Part shown: positions 50,301-62,300 of the stretch, piece by piece
Position numbering within the stretch: the first letter of the stretch is position 1
Layout of the letters: every line of letters begins with the position of its first letter
NCBI GenBank assembly: GCA_951406725.2
Contig: OX597818.1
Span: forward strand, 144,770,001 to 144,834,000
DNA length: 64,000 nt
Source of the DNA: Octopus vulgaris
Taxonomy: Eukaryota
Direction of reading: 5' to 3'
Made by a program: the position numbers and the translations under genes
Notes under the pieces: model-generated
Seen by the model: the letters and a program-made list of their open reading frames with translations, nothing else
What the model was told of the DNA's origin: nothing
The model's database searches: none

Positions 50301-53300
50301 TCTAATGACAAATGTAATTGCTCTTTGTATGTGAATTTGATAGATGGAAACTGAAGAATCCTATCAAATGCATGCATGGATGTACGTATATGTGTGTGTG
50401 TGTGCGCATGCATGGACATGTGAGAGTCTGTTTATATTTATACCAAAACCTTGTGGCCTATGCCAGGGGTGTAACCAGCCCACTTATGCATACCTTTCCT
50501 TCATTGGACACTAAACTCTGCTGGCAAAGACCTGTTGAGGCAAGTGAAATCAAAATCGAAATCGAAATCAAATTCGATGACTGACATCCGTACTAGTGGA
50601 GCACTAGGAGCACCATCCGAGAGTGATCGTTGCCAGAGAAGCTGACTGGCTTCCATGCCAGTGGCATGTAAAAAGCACCATTCAAGTGTGATTGTTACCA
50701 GCGTCACCTTACTGGCACTTGTGCTGGTGGCATGTGAAAAAAATATTCGAGCGAGGTCGTTGCCAGTGCCGCTGGACTGGCTCCTGTGCAGGTGGCACAT
50801 AAAAAAACACCATTTGAGCGTGGCCATTGCCAGTACCGCCTGACTGGCCCCCATGCCAGTGGCACATAAAAGCACCCACTGTACTCTAGGAGTGGTTGGT
50901 GTTAGGAAGGGCATCCAGCTGTAGAAAGTCTGCCAGATCAGATTGGAGTCTGGTGCAGCCATCTGGTTCACCAGTCCTCAGTCAAATCGTTCAACCCATG
51001 ACAGCATAGAAAGCGGACGTTAAACAATGATGATGATGATTTCCCAACATTGATGAAGTACAAGCTGTGACTTTTTTGTCATTTCTTTTGTCAACAAATC
51101 ATGGATTGACTTTGCACCATTGAAGAGATGTAGAATAAAAATATCTCTGACTTGAAAAACAGGTCAGGGTTAAGGAAAGAAAGGCATCCAACCATGAAAC
51201 AATACTTGTAAAATATACAAGTCAAACATGGTAAAACAGACATAAAATTGAAGAAATGAAAACTTTTCTTGTTATTTTGTTATTGTCTATTACCATTGGT
51301 CTTTATTGTTATTTGTTTATGTGTTTTTGTTGTTATTGTTGATTTCATCCTTTTACTCAGTGGAAATCTCTCACTTATTTTTGGTTCTTTTTCATCTTTT
51401 TGCATTTTTTTTTTTACTGCCCTTAATGTATTGAGCTTTTGAGGTCAATAAAAAAATCCCCATCACCATCATATTTTCAAGAGTTTTATGAAAGTTTCCA
51501 CCGTCATACCAGGTGCGCTTCCATGATCCTGATGTGTGCAGCATTATTTTTTGATGAGTGTAGAATTGTGTTTATATACTACATCAGTTATATCAAAAAC
51601 AGAAATTGTACAGACATTTCAAAGTCTCTCTCACTGAAATAAATACCAAAGAAGGGAGTTCAGTTTCCTAATGTAATTAGCAAGAACTCTAAACAAATGA
51701 ACAGTATTTGACTAACAATTCCACTCATCTGCTACCAACTTCTTTTTTGGACTATGGAAATAAGCTATTTAATAAATGAAAGACAAATTTTCCAACGATG
51801 GTGCTCAAAACAACCAATTATACCACATTAATTAATTGATTGAGTAAAAAAACATGACAATGGTATTGAATTAATAAATGATTATAAAAAATGTTAATGA
51901 AAACCTGAGATGTGGGAATTGCAAGCTCCATTCTTCACACTCATGGTACATGTCAGACGAACCAATGGGTCTCTGTTGTTCATAGAGTATCTCATTGATT
52001 TCATTGAACAAAACTTGGATTTTACCAGCAGCTTTTCTTTCCGATTCCTTTGTGGAGAAGAGGCAAAAGAATAAAGAGATGATAGAAAAATAGAAATACA
52101 ATAAAAACAACAAAAAAACCCAACGAACAAACATAAAACAAGCAAAAGTCAATTTAAATAAAATCTAATCATTCATTATAATAATTTTCAGGGACAGTAA
52201 TGGTTTTGTGCCAAACTAGAAAATGTGTTATGGTTGTCTTAAATACTGCATAGTTTATTTTGTCTTTTACAGCACTCCGAGGACAATAAAATAAGGAGGG
52301 ACCAGTCATATATTGGGTTGATTCAAGGAAATCAAATTATAATTTACTATCAGAAATTAGTAGAATCATAGACAGAATACCTTGCCATATTTAGTTTACA
52401 ACTTTTACTGTTTGACTTCAAATTCTTTTAGGTTCAATAAAATAATACAGAAATCAAGCACTAGTGTTAATATAATCATCTGTACCCACTTCCTAAATAT
52501 GTAGCCTTCTACCTGTGTCAACAATTATTTCATAATTACTTTTCTTTTCAAATAATTTGGCAGTGACAGGTAAGTTCCATAAGGCATTGAGTTACTGAAA
52601 ATGTGTTCACTCTGATTGATACTGTGGTGACTATACAGAAAATATGTTCACTGCATTTAATACTATGTTTACTACAGAAAATATGTTCACTGCATTTAAT
52701 ACTATGTTGACTACAGAAAATATGTTCACTATGCTTGATGCTGTGATGACTATATAGAAAATTGTTGTCTATGATTGTTACAGAGGCAATGTTCATTGTA
52801 TTTGATATTATGGTAATTATAGAGAAAGTATGTTTACTCTGTTTTCTATGACTAGATGCTCTTCCTTTCACAAAGCACCTTACAGAGTGTACTGGAGTGC
52901 ACATTTTGTAGTGCCATCAGCAAAGAGGGCTAAAGGAATCCTTCTGCTTTGTGTAATTTTTTTGTATTCTTCTTTGGTCTTTCTAAAGCAAGTAATCTGC
53001 AAAGTGAATTGCAGAGAATACAACTGACTCATATATTCTATTGTTGGCATTGTTTCTACAAATGAATGCTCTTCCTTCCACTAAATTGGAACATATGGGT
53101 GAGGCTTGGTCTTCTGAATCATTGTGGATGACAGTAACTTTGAATAAAAACTGACTTGGACTGCGATATCTCAGCTGACCCACACCAGCATAGAAAGCTG
53201 ATGTAATAGGATTATAATGATGATACAGTGTGTGTGTGTGTGTGTGTGTGTGTGTCTGAGTGTACTACAGATGTCTCAACAAGTTTTCTGTCAAGTTATA

Positions 53301-56300
53301 TTTATCTTCAGTGAACTGGTAATAGCAAATACGATTAATTAATATCGCTAATTCTCCACACAAAGTAATATGCAAGCACACATGAAATATAAAAGTAAAA
53401 TTACATCGTTGCCCCAGAAAGGATCATCAACACTGCTTCTGTCTGTTGTGTTACCAGTTAAGGTGCGTGTAAAGTTGTGAGAGCCTTCCTTCAGTGATAC
53501 ATTACTCAGGCTAGGGCTGGATTTCACCGACTGATACCTGTTAGGTGATGGTAAAACAAATGGATTACATTAATTTTACTTATCACTAAACATGGAAATA
53601 AAATCTCCCATTTTTTTCTTAAGTTATTTACAGCTGTAAAAAAAATGATGAAACAAAAACTGAAATGATACTGAGTTGGGAGAAACTGTGACTTTGTACA
53701 ACTACTTTATGTTGTTAATTAGTATTTAGATAATTAAATAAAACAAAAATGATTTTAAAAAGTGGAAGTATAGCATTACAGAAGATTAGGTCTTTGGATT
53801 TTACTTGAGTCACATTCTAAGGAATGTGAAGAACTACATTATTTACATTTGATGGATATTTTCCCTCATCTTGTTTGTTGTTAACACAATGTTTCGGCTG
53901 AGAGACCCTCCAGCCTTCATCAGGAGTCTCGGGAAAATTTCAAACCTGGGTTCTCATTCCTAAGGTATTTTTCGATGTTATTATTATTATTATTATTCAG
54001 GTCATTGCCTGGAATCGAACTTGCAATCTTGGGGTTAGTAGCCCGCGCTCTTAACTTCTATGCCATATACCCGTGGGCATATGGCTTAGTGGTTAAGAGC
54101 GCAGGCTACTAACCCCAAGATTCCGAGTTCGATTCCAAGCAGTGACTTGAATAATGATAATAATAATAATAATAATAATAACATCGAAAAATACCTTAAG
54201 AATGAGAACCTAGGTTCAAAATTTCCCCAAGACACCTGATGAAGGCTGGAGGGTATACCAGCTGAAATGCTGTGTCAACAACAAACAAGATGAGGACAAA
54301 TATCTGTCAAATGTAAATAATGTAAATAATGTCCATAATTCCTCATCTCTTACATATAGAACTGTAATGTGAAGAGGGTCTGTTGTGAAAGGTGTCAAGA
54401 CCTTTTAATCTGAGAGAAAGATAATGGCTGTGAGTTAAGTTAGATGCATTGGCTGGGTATCAAAACTACATTACAAACCTGACTGCTAAGCCGATATGTA
54501 CCACGCTTTATAGTGCAGATGTTACATTGAGTGTGTGTGTGGGGCTGGGTGGGGAGAAAGAGTATCTGAGAGGAAGAAGGAGAATCTATGCTCAAGGTAT
54601 TATGACATTTATCTGTCTTCAGTTTGTGTCATAATACAGCTGTAACTTTTTTGTATTATCTATACAAAAGCACATTTCAAAAACGTATATTGGTAGAGAA
54701 TCAATCAGAATTTATAAAACACAGACATTGCTGATTGTTGTCTTTGGTTAATAAGCATTAAATTATCTTATTTGACTTGGTTATTAACAGCCAGTTCTTA
54801 TAAAGCCATTCTCCCAACATAAGAACTATCCTTGACATCTTCTACATAGTACCACTAAGTTGTTCTCAAGTAATAATTAATGTTGGTCTTATTATAATTG
54901 CTGTTTTATTTCATTTTACTTCAGTGTGACATGAAATATTTAGAAATTTCAAAAATTTTCTGTCAGACATGTTAAGAGGTTTTATCATCTTATCTTTATT
55001 ATTGATTATTACAAAGATGGTGAGCTGGCAGAATCATTAGCAGATCAATCAAAATGTTTAGCAACATTTCTTCCAGCTATGTTTTGAGTACAAATCCCAC
55101 TGAAATCAACTTTGCCTTCCATTCTTTCAGGGATAATAAAGTACCAATCAAGTACTAGAGCAAATGCAATCAACTAGCTCCCTTGACCCCAATCTCCTCC
55201 TGGAATTGCTGACCTCGTGCCTAAATTCGAAGCAATTATCAATAGTGTTATGGTGCAATACATTATTTCTTGAGTCCAAACCTTACCAAGGTCAACTTAG
55301 CCCTTCACCTTTCTGAAATAATTACCAGTGAATTGCTGAGGCTGAAATAATTTATTGTTTGCTTCCACCAAGTGTGTAGTTTTTATTTATGTTAGAAATC
55401 ATTATTAATAAGGTAGACAAGTGTTAGATATAAGAGAGCACTGCACTAAAGGCCCAGTAGTATTTCATGTTATTGCTTTCTGTTCTAAGTTCAAATTTCA
55501 TCAAAGTTGACTCTGCTTTTTATACCTTTGCATGTTAATGAAATTATATACTGATCTCCTTAATACCATGGGATCAATTTAACTGACTAATTCTTTCTAC
55601 AGAATTTGTTGCCTGGTATTATAGGGTTCTTGTTACATTCTCTACTGATGTTTGAATATACATTGAAACTATGGCACATACATGAAGGAAAGCCAGCAAA
55701 GCAGTTACTTGTAAAGAAAGCTTTCCCTCATAAATACAGTAGTATAATTTTTGGAAGAGGAAACGGATCATTATATTGCCCTAAACACTTCACTACGAGG
55801 GTATATGAACTCAGAATGTAAAGCAATGCAAAGCAATGTTGCTAAATACTGCCACCCAACCAATTCTGTCATAACACCATTCTCATACACCAAATAATAA
55901 TAGTGGTGATAATAATAACAATCTTTTCTTTATAATTTTGATACAAGGCTAGCTTACTTTATCAATGTGGAAGAACCAGAAGAAATGCTGCTAAACATTT
56001 TGTCTAATACTCTAATGGTTCTGCCAGTTTGCTGCCTTAATAATGAAAATAAAAATAATAGTCACAATAGTAATAATAATAGTCCTTTCTACTATAGGCA
56101 CAAGGTTGGGACGTTTTGGGGAAGGAGCTAGTTGATTACATCAATCCCAGCGCATAACTGGTACTTATTTTATTGACCCTGAAAGGATGAAAGGTAAAAT
56201 CCAGCAAGACAAGAACAGGTGATAAGAAGAAGAATAAAGTGGGAGATAGAGGAAGGGGTACACTACCTGGATCCTTCTTCAAAATTTGGAGTCAGCTCTG

Positions 56301-59300
56301 GGTCTTCCTGCTGGTCTGGTGGTGGATGTTTTTCTAGCAGTGACCGAGATAAACCTTGTCTTGAAGAAAAACACAAAACAAATAAATAAAGGTCAATAGA
56401 GTTGTAATGAATTAGAGAGAGAGAGGGAGAGAGGGAGAGAGAGAGAGAGAGTGTTTGTGTGTGAGTGTGTGTGTGTTGTTGTCTAGCCCCAGGTCCACTC
56501 TGACTGAGAAGACCAGCAGTACAAGTACAACTAGCATGTACTATTGTTTCATTATATGCTGGCTGTACAGTGCCAATAATATGGTCTGGTGACCTGTATT
56601 GTGCTTTTGTTAGGTGTTTTTTTAGATAACTAAGCTGTCCTGAGCAGATGACACCCTCACCTTCTTGTCCCCATCCCCTTTACCCTAGCAGCATCCAGGA
56701 TATGACAGTTGGAGGAAAAGGGAGCTGCACCAGTACCTGGCTGGTACTCATGTAAAGCCAAACAGACTGGAAAAATGTGTGCCTTGCTCATGGATACAAC
56801 ATGTCGCCTACTCCAGGAACTGAAACCAGGTCTCCATGGTTGTGAAGTGAGCACCCTGACCACTAGGTTCTGTGCCCCTTCACACATGACTATACCAATA
56901 ATCAAAGGTATTGCAACTGTCATAATCCTGTCCTTTCTTCAGACATAGTTTCAAAGTCTTCATCACCTGATGTATACCTTTTATTTTTTATTTTAAGATG
57001 TGATTTAAGGGAGATTTGGTTACTATTTCTCTACATGGAAGTCTTTTGGATAGACGGCAAAAGGTTACCTCTGTGACACTCTGTGTTACAGTGATTCTAC
57101 ATGAAGATTTGACTATGTTAAGAATGCAAATGACTGTGGGATAATGAGCCACTTACACTTCAATATAATTAGATCAAGTAGGTGGGGAAATGGTAGAGTT
57201 GGCTAAGTGTTGGATAGAACGTCTCATAGTATTTCTTCTACCGCTCTGGGCTCTGAAATCAAATGAAGTCAAGGTCAACTTTGTCTTTAGTTCTTTTGGG
57301 GTTGATAAAAATGTACCTGTCTAGGGTGACAGATAGGTAGAACTGCAAACAGTTCAGGCAAGATGCTTTGTGGTGTTTATTTTGGTTCTTTACACACTGT
57401 CAATAATGCCAGTGACAACACTGATCCTAAGCTGTGTCAACAAGGGTTGACAGCATTTTCTTTAAGTAAACATTCATAGCAAAGAGAAAGGAGACATTCA
57501 TGCATAAGCAACTACCAGTCTTCCTAAGAAAAGACTGACCCTGCATCTGTAAAAGTATGCTTAAGACCTGTGCATACAAGTGCAGATGTATGAGTGATAT
57601 AGCCTTGAGGATGGAGGTCCCAAAGACAGTTCATTAGATTGAATAACTGGAATACTTATTGTTGAAACTGATAAAGGACCCATTTGCTATTTGGTTTGTA
57701 GAAACAGACACTATACACATACCAAATCAACAGTGAGAGCCTATACATGATAGCTTGAAAAGTTAGAAATAGCAGCAAAATTCTCCTTAAACCACATCTT
57801 ATCTTAAAATAGGAAGAACAAATTTGATAATGTAGTTCTGGAAATGTCATCTGAAATATACTGGAATGGTCATGATTGGAACACTTTGATCATAGGTCTG
57901 TTTAATCAAAACTGGCCAAGGGCTAAACACATCAATAAACACACACACACACACACACACATATATATTCAAATGAGAAGAGACTGTCAGATATGATTTT
58001 AGGAAACGAAATATGACAAAACTTTATGGGTCTATAATTATTTATAAATGCAACATGATTACATTATAGATCTTCACATGGCAGGAGGCTAAAGATCATA
58101 AATTATAAGGATGAGATATAATTAATTGAATCAATTCCCTTAATTAATTGGAACTCATTTATTGATCCTCACAAGAGAAATGCAAAGTGAGCTGTATTGG
58201 GATCTGAACTAAATGTAATATAATATAATGATAAATTATTTGAATATCAAGTTATTCACATGGCAGTATTGCAGTCGGGTACATGAAATGTTTTGCCAAT
58301 ATTTTTCACTCCTCTCAGTCTTGACTTTCTCTATACATTGTTTGGTCCCAAATGGTCCACTATGAAATTAAATAAATATTAGTCAAACTCTCATTCAAGT
58401 GTTTCACTGGGCTTGGTAACCCTGATGACATCCACTTCTTCCCTCGGATATAAGTATCAATACCTCTCAAGGAACTCATCAACCTTTGGCAGATTTTGCT
58501 TTTTAAATTTTGTTGGATGCCCACACATTCTCTTCACTAGGCAAGGCTAGCTGAGGGCTGGTTTAGTCACTGAACACTGACCATAACCACGTAGTATTGG
58601 GTTATATGGTTCATGGTTGCAGGTTTCCATTTGCCTATGATGGAATTGAAGATATATATATATATATATATATAATAGGTATGGAAAAGACTAAATACTA
58701 TTTTACCTAAAGTATGAGAGGCAACTCTGGGCATGTTTTGGCCTTAAGCTAATCTCATCAGCAAAGCATAGCATTTCACACTGAGAGTCTAAATCAGGGA
58801 TTCTCAAACTGGGGTATGTGAAGCTTGTAAAAAAACAGAAATCTTGAAGTAAACACAACCAACTAAACAAAATCCATGTCTAGAAAATCCTTGTGAACCA
58901 GTGTTTTCAACAATGTTTATAACCAAAAACAAATTTCAGACAAGCTGTTCAACTGAGAATGATAGGCAGACATGCCTTGTTGAAGCTGCACTTAAAATGG
59001 AGTCATTTGTTAAAAAGAAGAAGCTCATTTACTTCTTTAAAAATATAATAATAAATGAAATGGATTTCTTATATAGACACAAAGTCAGAAATTTTGTGGG
59101 AGAGAATGGTTGATTATATTAACACCAATTCATCACTGGTACTTAATTTTATTGATCATCACCCTCCCTTTTTGACCATGGCAAAATTTGAACTCTTTAA
59201 ATTAAACTAAATTAATAACAAATAGTATGTGTCTATTGTCTTCAATGGTAACCATTTTACACAGTGTATGCCAACACTGCCAGACATGATGAAGGAGGAT

Positions 59301-62300
59301 GTTGGTTGAAAAAGTTTGACAACCTTTGACTCAAAGGAATTATTGCATCTGCCAACATCTTCAACTCTTCATACTGGTGCAAGGATTAAATGCAAATTCA
59401 TGAGCCAATGAAAGAGCCTTCTATATAGAAACTTGATCTGTTATTAATAACAACCACATCTCCCTCAAATTATCCTCAACAGTCTTAAGAACAATGTAGT
59501 CCTGGATATCCCATGTCTGAAAAAAATGGCCGAGTTGGTAAGAGTGGACTTCTTTAATTATAGGTCTGTCGATTCATCTGGGATGACCTAGAACTAAAAA
59601 CAACAATGTTTCCTCACACCAACATTAACATTAGATATCACTAGAAGTTGGACATTAGGAAGAATTATAACAATTCTAAATTCCAACGAACACCAACCCA
59701 AACAGCACCATACTGAACTAATATCATCTTATATACACTCACAAATATATTTAAAAAAAAATCTCATCCTTACCATCACCAACCCATGCATTCCACCATT
59801 CAGTTTACAATATGGCTCCAAACCACAATATCCAACTATCAGATGCTTCACAAAACCTGATACAAAGAATATGTGATTCCTTCAGTAACACAGAAACCCT
59901 CTTTGAAACACCTCAGTGAGAAACAGCAAAAAAAAAAAAAGTTGCCAATGAGGTGGGTTCCACATGGTCATTTGGCCATGCAGAAATAGTAACCAAATCA
60001 CTCTTACAGCATTGAAAATGGAAAACCACATTAGCTAAGTTAGTCTGAGATACTCCTACAAAGGCAGTATGGTTACAGCTAAGATTCCTTTAATCATAAG
60101 TTTGTTTGCTCAGGGCTGACCTGTGGCTAAACAGCAACTATACAAAATTCTGGCAAGTGAACTTTCAGGTCAGCAAGTATAACAATAACAACAACAGTAC
60201 ATCCAGCATTGCAGTATTTATTCTGGCTCTTTGCTTTCCTAAATTCAAATTCCACCAAAGCCAACTTTGCCTTTCATTCTTCTGGGGTCAATAAATAATA
60301 CATCAATTTAGAGTGGAAGACTGGCAGAAATGCTGCAGCATTGAATGGGATGTCTTGCAACATTTATTCTGGCTTTTTGCATTGGCATTTTGAGTTCAAA
60401 TCCTCAAATAGATTACTTGGGTGGTAGACTTAATTTGTTGCCAAATCTAACACTACTTCCACATTCACAAGGTATCTTTTATGAAATCCACACTGTTGCA
60501 TGCATTTGAGTCCAGTCTCCACTTTGAGGATCCCTTCCCTCTCCTACCCACCAATCTGAGTGGCCTTCAAAAGTGTCATTAGCACATCTATTGCTCCTGA
60601 CATATCTACACGACCATCCTCACCTTTATGCAAGAGTACATTTACTGATGCTATTACAGTTTTTCCCTCTTCCAACACAATTCTGCAGGCACAGCTCTCC
60701 AAATACTCCAATTCTTTATCATATTATAGAAATCCAGTTCCATATTAGCAGATTAAAAAAAAAAGAAGGTTTCTGGCAGTATCCTATTCCTTCTTGCTAG
60801 CAAAATCAAAATTCATCAAATAGAACTACCAACACCACCACACATACACACAACTACAAAACAAAAATACTAAGACTTACCAACAACATACAACATTCAC
60901 AAAAAACATAGAAAAAACAAAATGATGTACAAAAACTTTTCGGACATTCCCAAGAATTGCATTTGACCAATGCAAAGAAATCAACACTTTATGTATGGAC
61001 TATGCTGCCAGTCACACACAAGCCCTAATTTTCTCTACTACAGACCACAAAGAATATAGTATAGTGTATTCCCAGCATAACAGGCTGCACACAAATCACT
61101 TAGCTAATAAGAGAGCTTCTACCTGGTCACTCAACCTACTAGAAATAGCAGCCAAATCTCTCTCAAATCATATCCTACCATCTTAAACAAGGATGCCCTA
61201 AATAATGTGGATTGGGATTCCATGCACATAGAAAAGGGAAGATAACTACAGTTGGAATTATATTTAATTATAGGTGTGCTTGATTAGGGCTTCCCTAGAA
61301 CTAAACAACAATAAAAATTCTTGAAATGTAAGGATACCTGGGTGTGCAAAAGTGAGAAAAAAAGTACAACACAGTTCTTAGTAAACTATTTGTAGGTTCA
61401 GATATGCACCTCTTTAATGCACATTACATGCAAAAATAGCTGTAGCAGCATCAACACTTTATTATTTTGGAAAATTGTGCTGGGAGAAATGGTAAAAAAA
61501 AGAAGTTATTGTGATACGACCAAGTGCAGTTAATCTGATTGACCTACAGCCAGGATCTACAGGATGGCTAAGGAGGGAACCACTACATAGCTGCTCAACC
61601 TGCTAGATTCAGTATTGAAATCACCATCATATCCAACTATCTTAAAATAAAAAATACAATGGATAGTGTGGTACCTATATATGTATGAACGTAGGATCAG
61701 GAATGTCCAAATAGCATTGTAGACGTCAGAGATAAGCAATGAATTGGGGCCTCTAAAACATGAATTAGTATTAGGCCACATAAACCGATGGGGCGATACC
61801 TCAAAATGGCACTGAATAGGATGGTGTGGTCAAGGCTGGAGCTCTTTTGATCACAGGTCTGTTCAGTTAGTGCCTGCTTTGAGTTAAATGACAACAGCAA
61901 CACCAACACCAACCTGAACGCCAGCATCACCACCACCAACAGACATCCAAGAGCAGACTGGAAAGTGGAGAAAATACAATATCATGTCTGGACTTCCACA
62001 GTGAATCTCCAATAATATGGAACTGCATATCAAGAGTGTGTAATGTGGCTCTCGACCATGTTTAAACAGTGGAATCTCTCTGCGGATCACAATCGTTCAA
62101 CCGACAACTACATCAGCCAACACACTCAACTTGCTAGAAACAACAGCTAAATCTTCCTTTAACCACATTCTACTCCCTTGAAAAAAAAGGTGACATTAGA
62201 TAAGGTATCACAGGGTACTTGCATCAACATTATCATTTCATGTCTTTTCGCAAATTTGCATAGGCAAGACAAATATTCTTTAACACAGTGTTTTGCAAAA

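Larger units (their letters stand above)
53833..54365. mobile_element. Palindromic non-autonomous retroelement: two head-to-head tRNA-derived heads, each with a minimal hammerhead ribozyme; 10-bp TSD
   Basis: Arms 53836-54072 and 54075-54322 are near-perfect reverse complements. AATGTGAAGA occurs at 53823-53832 and 54366-54375. A box at 54082-54092, B box at 54125-54136. Confidence 0.9.

Noticed and set aside
52595-52762. CRISPR-like array
   Set aside because: Units are fully tandem with no unique spacers, in a eukaryotic intron.
54075-54148. Functional tRNA gene
   Set aside because: No acceptor stem pairing; it is the SINE-type head of the palindromic element.
58795-58960. Charlie/MER5-like terminal repeat CAGGGATTCTCAAACTGGGG
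   Set aside because: No convincing second terminal repeat or TSD, so boundaries cannot be supported.
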